From Bacteroidales bacterium (GTDB lineage: Bacteria; Bacteroidota; Bacteroidia; Bacteroidales; UBA7960): 64,000 nucleotides of DNA. The translations under genes were made by a program, and so were the position numbers. Numbering within the stretch: position 1 is the first letter of the stretch; every line of letters starts with the position of its first letter. The notes under the pieces were generated by a model that was not told the DNA's origin, searched no databases, and was given only the letters and a program-made list of their open reading frames with translations. The stretch is from NCBI GenBank assembly GCA_003557385.1, contig PWON01000204.1, positions 6,853 to 70,852 on the forward strand, given 5' to 3'. Below are positions 28,528 through 37,741 of this stretch, piece by piece.

Positions 28528-31500
28528 TCATCCTGACTTGCCGTGACATTGTTTATACTTTTTGCCGCTTCCGCACGGACACGGTTCATTCCGGCCAACC
28601 TTCTTTTCAACCCTCACCGGTTGAACTTTCTCTCCTCCTGCCCTTCCGCCGGGAAGATCACTTCGTCCGGTCTGCAACTTGCTCATATCGGTACGCTCCT
28701 TTTCGGTACCTTTTTGTATCTGGGCAGGATCCCTCACTGGCAAGCGGGCTTTTCCAAGGAATGAAATGATGTCTTTGTTGACCTTCTGAATCATCCGTTT
28801 AAACAATTCAAAGGACTCAAACTTATATATCAGCAAAGGATCTTTCTGCTCATACGCCGCCCCTTGTACAGATTGCTTCAGGTCATCCATTTCCCGCAGG
28901 TGGTCTTTCCAGGCATCGTCAATGATCCCAAGTGTGATTCCTTTCTCGACCGACAGGGATACCTCCCGGCCATTGGTCTCATAAGCTTTCTTAAGGTTGG
29001 CGATCATGTTCAGGGTCTTGATGCCGTCTGTGATCGGGATGGCTATGTTTTCATATTTCTGGGCAGCCTTTTCATATACCTCCTTGATGACAGGAAATGC
29101 TGTTTCAGCAATTTGCTCATTTTTGCGTTTGTAAGACTCAATGGCTTTTGCATACAACATGTCATTGAGCTTTTCTGACTTCCCTTCAATGAACTCCTGT
29201 TGGTTGAAAGGGGGTTCAACACCAAAAGTCCGCAACAGTTCAAAGGTAAATCCTTCGAAATCCCCCATTTCCTGGTATTCAATGATCATTTGCTCGCAGG
29301 TGTCAAACATCATGTTGGCTATGTCAACCGCCAGGCGGTCGCCAAACAGGGCATTCCGGCGTTTTTTATAGATCACCTCACGCTGCGCATTCATCACGTC
29401 GTCGTATTCCAGCAGGCGTTTACGGATCCCAAAGTTGTTTTCTTCCACCTTCTTTTGTGCCCGCTCTATCGATTTGGTGATCATCGAATGTTGTATCACC
29501 TCACCTTCCTTCAGGCCCATCCTGTCCATCAACGAAGATATTCTTCCTGAGCCGAATACCCGCATCAAATCGTCTTCAAGAGATACAAAGAATTGTGATG
29601 AACCCGGGTCTCCCTGGCGGCCCGCCCGGCCGCGCAATTGCCGGTCAACCCTTCTTGATTCATGCCGTTCCGTACCAAGAATAGCCAAACCTCCGGCCTC
29701 ACGCACCCCGGACCCAAGTTTAATATCCGTACCCCGGCCTGCCATGTTGGTGGCTATGGTCACGGTACCTGCCTGCCCGGCCTCTTTTACTACCTGGGCT
29801 TCTTTTTGGTGCTGCTTGGCATTTAGTATGTTATGGCGCAAATTCCGCAATTTAAGCATGCGGCTGAGTAATTCTGAAGTTTCCACCGAGGTTGTTCCGA
29901 CCAGTACGGGACGGCCTGCACCGACCAACTGGCTGACCTCATCGATGATGGCATTGTATTTTTCCCGTTTGGTTTTGTATATCAGGTCTTCCCGGTCATC
30001 CCTGATTACCGATCGATGCGTGGGTACGACAACCACGTCCAGCTTGTAAATATTCCAGAATTCGCCGGCTTCGGTTTCGGCCGTACCCGTCATCCCGGCC
30101 AGTTTTCTATACATGCGGAAATAATTCTGCAGGGTGATGGTGGCATAGGTCTGAGTAGCTGCCTCAATCCTTACATTTTCCTTGGCTTCGATGGCCTGGT
30201 GCAGTCCATCGGAATAACGCCGCCCCTCCATGATCCGGCCCGTTTGCTCATCTACAATCTTGACCTTATTGTCCATGATGACGTATTCGGTATCCTTTTC
30301 GAAAAGGGTGTAAGCCTTCAGCAACTGATTGATGGTATGTACCCGTTCGCTTTTGATCTGAAAATCACCGAGCAACTGGTTTTTTTTATCCAGTTTTTCT
30401 TCGGCCGGCAAACCGGACTTTTCCAGCTCGGCCATTTCTGATCCAATATCAGGGAGGATAAAGAAGCCCGGATCGTCTGTCTGACTGGTAATCAGGTCAA
30501 TTCCTTTTTCTGTAAGTTCAATGGAATTGTTTTTTTCCTCAATAACAAAGAAGAGTTCATCATCGATGATGTGCATGTGTTTGCTCTGCTCCTGCATATA
30601 AAAATTTTCTGTCTTTTGCAGGATGGTCTTCATGCCAGGTTCTGACAGGAATTTGATCAGGGCCTTGTTTTTTGGCAAGCCACGGTGTGTGCGCAGCAGA
30701 AGTTCACCCCCCTTTTTCTCATCGGGCTCCCCCTCTTTGGGTGAAAGAAGTTTCCGGGCCTCTGCAAGCAAGTTGGTTACCAGCATGCGCTGCGCGCTGT
30801 AAAGTTTTTCCACCTTGGGTTTCATCTCATGAAACTCATGCTTTTCACCTTGCGGGGTAGGTCCGGAAATAATCAGTGGGGTCCGTGCGTCATCGATCAA
30901 CACCGAATCTACCTCGTCCACAATGGCATAGTTCAGCTTCCGCTGCACCAATTCTTCCGGGTTACGCGACATATTGTCGCGCAGGTAATCAAAACCAAAT
31001 TCATTGTTGGTCCCGTAGGTTACATCGGCCTTGTATGCTGCCCGTCGCTCGGGTGAATGCGGGGTGTGTTTGTCAATACAATCTACCTTTAACCCATGGA
31101 ATTCAAACAGCATGCCCATCCATTCCGAATCCCTTTTGGCCAGGTAATCGTTCACGGTAACAATATGCACCCCTTTTCCCGATAAGGCATTCATATACAC
31201 CGGCAGGGTGGCCACCAGGGTCTTGCCCTCACCCGTGGCCATCTCGGCGATCTTTCCCTTATGCAGATGAATCCCCCCGATCAACTGTACATCGTAATGC
31301 ACCATATCCCAGGTGATCATATTGCCGCCAGCCATCCATTGGTTTTTATAGGCGGCTTTATCTCCCTTTATTTCAATGCTGGGGCGCGTGGATGCGAGTT
31401 CTCTGTCAAAATCATTGGCCGTGACCAGCACCTCTTTGTTTTCGTAAAAACGGCGTGCTGTTTCCTTTACAACGGAAAATGCTTCAGGTATGAGTGTTTC

Positions 31501-31812
31501 CAGAAGTTCTTCCGTTTTTTCATTCTGCCGGTCGTCAAGCTGATCAATTTGTTCATATATCCGTTCTTTTTCCTCCACGTCAATGTCGTAATTGGCCTCC
31601 AGATATTCTTTCAGGGTATCGATCTGACGCTGTTCTTCGGCAATATGTTTGGCAATACGCTCTTTAAATTCCAGGGTTTTGGCCCTCAACTGGTCGTTGT
31701 CGAGCAATTTAATCTCTTCATATGCCTGCAGGGTCTTGTCAAGAATTCCTTTGATTTCTTTGAAGTCCCGTTCGGCCTTGCTGCCAAATACTTTCTTTAT
31801 TAAAGTGAGCAT
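28528..31812 (-). CDS. secA: Preprotein translocase ATPase SecA
   Basis: DEAD motor motifs ([33 protein letters not shown]) and a C-terminal zinc motif, [14 protein letters not shown]. Confidence 0.97.
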   Translation of the reverse strand: MLTLIKKVFGSKAERDFKEIKGILDKTLQAYEEIKLLDNDQLRAKTLEFKERIAKHIAEEQRQIDTLKEYLEANYDIDVEEKERIYEQIDQLDDRQNEKTEELLETLIPEAFSVVKETARRFYENKEVLVTANDFDRELASTRPSIEIKGDKAAYKNQWMAGGNMITWDMVHYDVQLIGGIHLHKGKIAEMATGEGKTLVATLPVYMNALSGKGVHIVTVNDYLAKRDSEWMGMLFEFHGLKVDCIDKHTPHSPERRAAYKADVTYGTNNEFGFDYLRDNMSRNPEELVQRKLNYAIVDEVDSVLIDDARTPLIISGPTPQGEKHEFHEMKPKVEKLYSAQRMLVTNLLAEARKLLSPKEGEPDEKKGGELLLRTHRGLPKNKALIKFLSEPGMKTILQKTENFYMQEQSKHMHIIDDELFFVIEEKNNSIELTEKGIDLITSQTDDPGFFILPDIGSEMAELEKSGLPAEEKLDKKNQLLGDFQIKSERVHTINQLLKAYTLFEKDTEYVIMDNKVKIVDEQTGRIMEGRRYSDGLHQAIEAKENVRIEAATQTYATITLQNYFRMYRKLAGMTGTAETEAGEFWNIYKLDVVVVPTHRSVIRDDREDLIYKTKREKYNAIIDEVSQLVGAGRPVLVGTTSVETSELLSRMLKLRNLRHNILNAKQHQKEAQVVKEAGQAGTVTIATNMAGRGTDIKLGSGVREAGGLAILGTERHESRRVDRQLRGRAGRQGDPGSSQFFVSLEDDLMRVFGSGRISSLMDRMGLKEGEVIQHSMITKSIERAQKKVEENNFGIRKRLLEYDDVMNAQREVIYKKRRNALFGDRLAVDIANMMFDTCEQMIIEYQEMGDFEGFTFELLRTFGVEPPFNQQEFIEGKSEKLNDMLYAKAIESYKRKNEQIAETAFPVIKEVYEKAAQKYENIAIPITDGIKTLNMIANLKKAYETNGREVSLSVEKGITLGIIDDAWKDHLREMDDLKQSVQGAAYEQKDPLLIYKFESFELFKRMIQKVNKDIISFLGKARLPVRDPAQIQKGTEKERTDMSKLQTGRSDLPGGRAGGEKVQPVRVEKKVGRNEPCPCGSGKKYKQCHGKSG

Positions 31813-31930
31813 AAATGCTTTCGTTTTTGCAAAAAGCAAAGTTAATCAAATCTGGCCAGAATAACAGCCGGGATCCCAATAAAAAACCGGCACAAGGCCG
31901 GTCCTGAGAATAAAAATAAGATATGGCGTA

Positions 31931-32152
31931 TTAGTATTCGTCCTCATGAAAGAAGAAGTCGTCCTTGGTAGGATAATCGGGCCAGATGTCTTCAATGCTC
32001 TCATAAACATCACCCTCATCTTCAATTTCCTGAAGATTCTCAATCACTTCCATGGGCGCTCCCGAACGCAGTGCATAATCGATCAATTCTTCCTTGGTGG
32101 CCGGCCATGGTGCATCTTCCAGCTTGGATGCCAATTCTAAAGTCCAATACAT
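31931..32152 (-). CDS. DUF2795 domain protein
   Basis: APWPATKEELIDYALRSGAPMEVIENLQEIE matches the DUF2795 pattern. The start could instead be 32179. Confidence 0.65.
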   Translation of the reverse strand: MYWTLELASKLEDAPWPATKEELIDYALRSGAPMEVIENLQEIEDEGDVYESIEDIWPDYPTKDDFFFHEDEY

Positions 32153-32292
32153 ATTGTACGGGGTTGGTTTTTTTTGCAAAAGTATATTTTTTTATCATTT
32201 AGACAACAAATATTTTATGATTTGGTTTTGGCTTTAACAATTTTTCTGTACACCGTCATTTTCTTATTAACTTCGCAGATCAATGCAGGCTG

Positions 32293-32739
32293 ATGGGAGC
32301 AAAAATTCAGATAAAAAATAAAAAAGCGGCTTTCGAGTACTATCTTCTGGAAGAATTTTCTGCCGGTATTGTACTCACAGGGACGGAGATCAAGTCTATC
32401 CGGGCGGGCAAAGCCAGCCTGAATGAGGCTTATTGCGCTTTTACAGGATATGAGTTGTTTATCCGCAATATGCATATTGCTCCATACTCCCATGGAACTT
32501 ACAACAATCACGAACCCAAGCGGGAGCGAAAGCTCCTGCTCACTTCCCGGGAGTTGCGCAAACTGAAAACACGGATCGATGAGCGTGGTTACACCCTTAT
32601 TCCGGTATTATTATATATCAACGAAAAAGGCCTGGCCAAGCTGAATGTCGCCCTGGCCCGGGGTAAAAAAATGCACGATAAGCGGGATGCCATCAAGCAA
32701 AAAGACATTCAGCGCGAAATAGACAGAAGCAATATTTGA
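32293..32739 (+). CDS. smpB: SsrA-binding protein SmpB
   Basis: IKNKKAAFEYYLLEEFSAGIVLTGTEIKSIRAGKASLNEAYC is canonical SmpB. Confidence 0.95.
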   Translation: MGAKIQIKNKKAAFEYYLLEEFSAGIVLTGTEIKSIRAGKASLNEAYCAFTGYELFIRNMHIAPYSHGTYNNHEPKRERKLLLTSRELRKLKTRIDERGYTLIPVLLYINEKGLAKLNVALARGKKMHDKRDAIKQKDIQREIDRSNI

Positions 32740-32750
32740 TATATGTCTTT

Positions 32751-33542
32751 TCAGGGGTAACTGATGATGAAACTATCCAGAAATCCCTCATCACGCATAA
32801 CACTGCGCAGCTGAACAGCTTGCTCCCGTTGCCTGAAATTGCCGACAGAAATTTTATATAAAATCCCGCCGTTTTCGTGAACCACCTGGATAAAAAGCGG
32901 GAAACCAAATTTTTCAGAATAGCGGGCACTGATCTCTTCCACCTGACCGGGATTGGTCAAAATGGCAATCTGCACACCGATCCCTGAGGGTTCTACCTTC
33001 TCCAGTGAAGCATTGAAAAATCCTTCGGCCAGTTCCCTGAGATCCGGTGTCCCGGATTTCATTTCGGCACCTTCGTGTGCATTCAATGTCTCGCAGGCGA
33101 TGGTATCCTGTACATCCAATGACTCAAGGGCAATGGAGTCTTGTGCATCAAATGTCTCACGGACAATGATATCCTGCGCATCCAATGCCTCGCGGGCCAG
33201 TATGACTTCTCGCAGGGCTTCCGTGCTCAACTCCATAAAATATTCAGCCTGCTCTTCTTTGTCCGGATCAAGCCTGATGGAAACCCTGAAATCAGCCAGT
33301 GCCCTGGTGTACTGCCGCAGTTCAAAATGTGCCAGCCCCCTGTAAAAATAGGCTTCAGCATACAGCGAGTCAAGTTCAATGGCCCTGTTGAGCCACCATA
33401 AGGCTTCTTCAAAATCCTTGTCTATGCCTTTACGGATCCCTTCGCTAAATGCCTCCCTGGACTGCCTTGCCTGGCGGTCGGCAGGCTGGGACATAAGACC
33501 TGGGGTAAGTGCCAGGAATAAAATGACCAATATGATCTTCAT
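32751..33542 (-). CDS. Secreted TPR plus SPOR domain protein
   Basis: Signal peptide, TPR-like helices (AEAYFYRGLAHFELRQYTRALADF), and a C-terminal SPOR-like domain (IGVQIAILTN...YKISVGNF). Confidence 0.7.
   Translation of the reverse strand: MKIILVILFLALTPGLMSQPADRQARQSREAFSEGIRKGIDKDFEEALWWLNRAIELDSLYAEAYFYRGLAHFELRQYTRALADFRVSIRLDPDKEEQAEYFMELSTEALREVILAREALDAQDIIVRETFDAQDSIALESLDVQDTIACETLNAHEGAEMKSGTPDLRELAEGFFNASLEKVEPSGIGVQIAILTNPGQVEEISARYSEKFGFPLFIQVVHENGGILYKISVGNFRQREQAVQLRSVMRDEGFLDSFIISYP
33075..33205 (-). repeat. 33-bp tandem coding repeat (about 4 copies) in the TPR/SPOR gene linker
   Basis: Encodes EALDAQDIIVR / ETFDAQDSIAL / ESLDVQDTIAC / ETLNAHEGAEM. Confidence 0.75.
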
Positions 33543-33560
33543 ATACCGAGCATATTGTTA

Positions 33561-35168
33561 TCAATGGCGTATGCTTAGATCATCAAAGGTATCATCTTCC
33601 AGGATACGAATGGCTTCCCGGAAAGCCTCATCGGCCTGCATGACCACCTGGGTATATGCAGCAAAGTCAAACAGGTTGCGGGCTATAAGCCCCCTGAGTT
33701 GATTTTTCATATACAAAATGGTATCCTCTGTTTGTTCTTCGTCACCTGGTGTCACCCCTTGTTCTTTTGCATAGGCATACAATTCGTCCATGAGCGCCTG
33801 ATCAATCCGGAAATGTTCCAGGAAAACCTGTATATCGGGATAGGCATCAGACAAGGCGATGCGGTTCCTGTTGGTATACTCGATGCCAAAATTGTTTAAT
33901 GTGCCGCGGCGTAAAAGCCTGGAATAAAAATCAGATACCCTGTTGGTATCGAGCGGGATGAAAAAATCAGGCATGATGCCGCCACCGCCATATACCACCC
34001 GTTTGTTATGCAAGGTGAAATGTTTCAGTGAATCGGGAAATGCAATGTTTTCCGGGCTGATCAGTTCACCTGACGACAAGCGTTCTGACAGGTCTTTATA
34101 ATATTCTTCAGTCCCCTCATCATATGGCTTCTGAATGCTCCTGCCCGTCGGCGTATGATATTGTGCCGTGGTCAGGCGGATGGCGGAGCCATCGGGCAAT
34201 TCAAAGGGCCGCTGAACCAGGCCCTTGCCAAAAGAACGGCGGCCAACCAGCAAACCCCTGTCCCAGTCCTGGATCGCCCCGGCCAGGATCTCACTGGCAG
34301 AAGCGCTCCCTTCATTGATCAATACCACCAATTTGCCGTTTTTAAAATTGCCCCTGAATGTGCTTTTGAATTCCTGCCTCGGAGTAGCATGCCCTTCGGT
34401 GTAAACAATCATCTGGTCGCGTTCCAGAAACTGATCAGTCAGATCAATCGCCACATCCAGATAACCACCGGAATTGTAATTAAGATCCAGGATCAGATGT
34501 TTCATTCCCTGGTCTGCCAGGTTCTGGCTGGCTTCGCGGTATTCACGCATGGTGGTGCGGGCAAAACGGTTCAGCTTAATGTAACCGATTTCAGGTGTGG
34601 CCATAAACGCCGCATCTACCGAATTGATCGGAATTCTATCCCGTGTAATGGTAAAATCCAGCAAACCGGCAACACCTGCGCGGTAAATGACCACATCTAC
34701 CTTTGATCCACGCTCCCCACGTAACCTGTCCTGAACATACTGATTGTTTATCTTTGATCCATACGCCGTTTCTCCATCAATCCGGACGATTTTATCGCCG
34801 GGCCTCAACCCGACTTTTTCAGAGGGACCGCCCGGAATGGGGCTGACCACTACAATGGTGTCGTTGATCAGGTTAAACTGAATGCCAATGCCTTCAAAGC
34901 TTCCTTCAAGGGGCTCGTTGGCGCGGCGAAGTTCATCGGCTGATAAATACACGCTGTGGGGATCCAGTTCACTGAGCATGCCCCTGATGGCATCTTCCAC
35001 CAGTTTTTCATCCTCGAGTTTTTCTATATAGGCAAACTCAATAAATTGCAGGGCCCTCTGCAATTTTTCCATCTGCGCCTGGCTAACCTGCGAATAGACC
35101 GGCAGGACAGTTGACAAAAGGAAGGCTGCCGTTAAAATAATCGTCCGGGATATGATAAAACACTTCAT
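33561..35168 (-). CDS. S41-family C-terminal processing peptidase
   Basis: PDZ segment (GLRPGDKIVRIDG), catalytic region (INEGSASASEILAGAIQD, GKGLVQ), and a signal peptide. Confidence 0.9.
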   Translation of the reverse strand: MKCFIISRTIILTAAFLLSTVLPVYSQVSQAQMEKLQRALQFIEFAYIEKLEDEKLVEDAIRGMLSELDPHSVYLSADELRRANEPLEGSFEGIGIQFNLINDTIVVVSPIPGGPSEKVGLRPGDKIVRIDGETAYGSKINNQYVQDRLRGERGSKVDVVIYRAGVAGLLDFTITRDRIPINSVDAAFMATPEIGYIKLNRFARTTMREYREASQNLADQGMKHLILDLNYNSGGYLDVAIDLTDQFLERDQMIVYTEGHATPRQEFKSTFRGNFKNGKLVVLINEGSASASEILAGAIQDWDRGLLVGRRSFGKGLVQRPFELPDGSAIRLTTAQYHTPTGRSIQKPYDEGTEEYYKDLSERLSSGELISPENIAFPDSLKHFTLHNKRVVYGGGGIMPDFFIPLDTNRVSDFYSRLLRRGTLNNFGIEYTNRNRIALSDAYPDIQVFLEHFRIDQALMDELYAYAKEQGVTPGDEEQTEDTILYMKNQLRGLIARNLFDFAAYTQVVMQADEAFREAIRILEDDTFDDLSIRH

Positions 35169-35285
35169 TGTATGATTGCTTGTTTGGTATATTCTGATTG
35201 TTCTGACAGAATGATTAATAAAACTATGCGTACTTTTGTTTAAAATCACAAAAACAGGGCCAAAATCCAGGCCTCAGTCAATATT

Positions 35286-36002
35286 TTGGAACTGGAGCAG
35301 GATATTTTATACAAAGTTAAGAAAAAGCAGGAAAAGAGACGTTTTCTGGTTAGCCTGGTATATCCTGCCGTTTTTGTGGTTATTCTCTGGATTGTGCATT
35401 TGGCAGAAACATTGTTTGACCTGGGTTTTCACACCTATGGTATTTTTCCGCAAACGCTCTCAGGTCTAAAGGGTATCTTGTTCTCTCCACTGATCCACGG
35501 CAGTTTCTCGCACCTTGCATCCAATTCGTTGCCCATGTTGGTACTGGGAGCGGCACTGTTTTACTTCTACCGCGAAATTGCCCTGCAGGTTAGCATTTAC
35601 GGCTGGCTGATCACCGGTTTGTGGGTCTGGATCGTTGCCAGGCCATCATTTCACATTGGGGCTTCAGGCCTCCTTTACAGCCTGGCAGCCTTTTTGTTTG
35701 TCAGCGGCATCATCCGCCGGCATCCCCGGCTGATGGCCCTGTCATTACTGGTAGCATTCCTTTATGGAGGAATTGTATGGGGTATTTTTCCCATCAGGGA
35801 GCACATTTCGTGGGAATCGCACCTGATGGGTATGTTGTCTGGCATCATACTGGCCCTGTTTTTCAAGAAGCATGGCCCACAGCGGCCACTTTACTCCTGG
35901 GAGCTTGAGGAAAAAAAAGAGGATGAAGAAGGGGGCCCGTCAGAGGAAGAAGACCAGGCTGAGGGCCATGATGGCCATGCCGGCCGTCAGGCCGTAGAGT
36001 GA
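35286..36002 (+). CDS. Rhomboid-family membrane protein (third rhomboid gene in the window)
   Basis: HGSFSHLASN, GASGLLYSL, SHLMGMLSG. TTG start. The acidic tail overlaps the convergent zupT by 63 nt. Confidence 0.72.
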   Translation: MELEQDILYKVKKKQEKRRFLVSLVYPAVFVVILWIVHLAETLFDLGFHTYGIFPQTLSGLKGILFSPLIHGSFSHLASNSLPMLVLGAALFYFYREIALQVSIYGWLITGLWVWIVARPSFHIGASGLLYSLAAFLFVSGIIRRHPRLMALSLLVAFLYGGIVWGIFPIREHISWESHLMGMLSGIILALFFKKHGPQRPLYSWELEEKKEDEEGGPSEEEDQAEGHDGHAGRQAVE

Positions 36003-36764
36003 CAGGTGAGGTTCCCCGTATTCCCTGGCAGCCGGCAACAGGTTATCAATCGAAATAAAAACCATAATGCCGGCCACGGAGGCAAACAAAACACCAAACA
36101 CGGCATCATTCATAAAAGGCATCAGGATAAAGAACCCTACCAGGGCGCCGAGGGGTTCAGCCAGGCCCGACAGGAAACTGTAACAAAAAGCTTTCCGGCG
36201 GCTTCCGGTGGCATGGTGGATGGGAACTGAAATGGCAATACCTTCCGGTATATTGTGGAGGGCAATGGCAATGGCAATGGGTAGGCCAAGCTTCAAATCC
36301 TGAAGTGCCGCCAAAAAGGTGGCGAGGCCTTCCGGAAAATTGTGGATGGTAATGGCAACGGCTGACATTATCCCCATGCGGTATAGCTTTGTATTTTTTT
36401 CCGCTTCCCGGTCCCGGATGCGTTCCACCCTTTTGAGTTCGTGGGGGTTCTCAAATGCCGGGACCAGCCTGTCGATGACGGCAATCAGAACAATGCCCGA
36501 AAAAAAGGCAACCACCGTAATCAGATAACCCACCTGCAACCCCATTTCCTGCCCAAGGATCTCTTTTGCTTTCGGAAAAATCTCTACGAATGAAAGGTAT
36601 ATCATTACCCCGGCAGAAAAACCAAGCGCAATGGATAAGAATTTTGTATTGGTCCGTTTTGCAAAAAAAGCAATGGCGCTGCCAATACCGGTAGACAACC
36701 CCGCAAACAGTGTCAGGCCAAAAGCAATCAATATTTGCTGCGTACTGAAGGTGGAATCAAACAT
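35940..36764 (-). CDS. zupT: ZIP-family zinc/metal transporter ZupT
   Basis: HNFPEGLA and HNIPEGIA motifs, 8 TM helices. Confidence 0.9.
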   Translation of the reverse strand: MFDSTFSTQQILIAFGLTLFAGLSTGIGSAIAFFAKRTNTKFLSIALGFSAGVMIYLSFVEIFPKAKEILGQEMGLQVGYLITVVAFFSGIVLIAVIDRLVPAFENPHELKRVERIRDREAEKNTKLYRMGIMSAVAITIHNFPEGLATFLAALQDLKLGLPIAIAIALHNIPEGIAISVPIHHATGSRRKAFCYSFLSGLAEPLGALVGFFILMPFMNDAVFGVLFASVAGIMVFISIDNLLPAAREYGEPHLSLYGLTAGMAIMALSLVFFL

Positions 36765-36772
36765 ACAAGGCA

Positions 36773-37180
36773 CTAAGAGCGTGTAACAAAATCTTCAAGG
36801 CTTTGTTCCTGAAAATATTTCTTGAACTGTGCGGTTACGTCGCGAACCAGGCCATCCACAAGGCATTTGTCAAAAGGACAAATTTTTCGATCAAGGGGGC
36901 ATTCCGGCAGATCGATCTTGCCTTCAATGGCCTCATAGATCTCCAGGATAGTGATCTGATCAGCCGGTTTACTCAACACAAAGCCTCCGCTGGGGCCCCT
37001 GACAGACTTCAGGAAATTGTGTTTGACCAATTGCTGGAGCACTTTGGCCAGGTGGTTTTTCGAAGCGCCCATTTCCTGTGCTATGCTATTCACATTTATG
37101 TGATTCGTTGTTTTGGCGATCAATACCATGGCATGCAATGCAAGAGATGCAGCCTCCGAGAAATGAACCAGTTTTGCCAT
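36773..37180 (-). CDS. Rrf2-family transcriptional regulator with a candidate Fe-S-binding Cys triad
   Basis: N-terminal wHTH typical of Rrf2 (ASLALHAMVLIA...SKNHLAKVLQQLVKHNFLKSVRGPSGGF). Cys cluster CPLDRKICPFDKC. Confidence 0.88.
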   Translation of the reverse strand: MAKLVHFSEAASLALHAMVLIAKTTNHINVNSIAQEMGASKNHLAKVLQQLVKHNFLKSVRGPSGGFVLSKPADQITILEIYEAIEGKIDLPECPLDRKICPFDKCLVDGLVRDVTAQFKKYFQEQSLEDFVTRS

Positions 37181-37198
37181 AAAAAATAATATAAAGGG

Positions 37199-37450
37199 TT
37201 AAAAAACCATTTTCCGGACCTTCACCCCGTCCAGCGCCCACAATTCATTTTCAAGTCGAATACATTCATCCTGGTTTCCGGTCAGCTCCAGTATGATGAG
37301 TCCGCAACTGCTGCAATCGGGCATGTCGAGGGTATGCAGCCCAAGGCGTGTCCTGATGGAGCACCCGTATTTGGTAAGGATTTCCTGTACCTTCTGAGCG
37401 GCTTCTGTTCTGGACTCGACCAAAACTCCTAATACTCTGATTTCATTCAT
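37199..37450 (-). CDS. Putative iron-only hydrogenase system regulator (TM1266-like, ACT / NikR-C-like), copy 2
   Basis: About 83 aa. Paralog of the adjacent gene (VLGVLVESR...VQEILTKYGCSIRTRLGLH). Adjacent to hydG, as TM1266 is in Thermotoga. Confidence 0.65.
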   Translation of the reverse strand: MNEIRVLGVLVESRTEAAQKVQEILTKYGCSIRTRLGLHTLDMPDCSSCGLIILELTGNQDECIRLENELWALDGVKVRKMVF

Positions 37451-37461
37451 TTCAAGCAAGT

Positions 37462-37728
37462 TTACTTAAACAAATAATCAAATTTCATTTTTTTGATTTC
37501 CACTCCGCCAATCCGGGCCAGGTCTTCTTGCAATTCTTCCCACTGCCCGGGTTTGCCCTGAAGGACGATCAAGATGGTTCCCACACGGCTGCAGATATTG
37601 TCTGACAGTTCATGAAAACCCAGACGGGTTCTGATCACGTCCGCATGTTTGGTAAGCACTTCTTGCGTGCGACCGGCTTCTTTGATCCGGTCAAAAACCA
37701 ATATGCCAAGAATCATGGTTTGTTGCAT
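37462..37728 (-). CDS. Putative iron-only hydrogenase system regulator (TM1266-like), copy 1
   Basis: 88 aa. ILGILVFDR...TQEVLTKHADVIRTRLGFH. Immediately downstream of hydG. Confidence 0.65.
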   Translation of the reverse strand: MQQTMILGILVFDRIKEAGRTQEVLTKHADVIRTRLGFHELSDNICSRVGTILIVLQGKPGQWEELQEDLARIGGVEIKKMKFDYLFK

Positions 37729-37741
37729 AATCTATCATTTT

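Noticed and set aside
28520-28535. Perfect hairpin CAGGAT-CATC-ATCCTG spanning the secA stop codon, considered as a terminator.
   Set aside because: The stem is only 6 bp and no T-run follows it on the minus strand. The evidence is insufficient.
32180-32292. Possible tmRNA (ssrA) next to smpB.
   Set aside because: The spacer is only about 110 nt. It has no tRNA-like acceptor/T-arm sequence and no tag-peptide reading frame.
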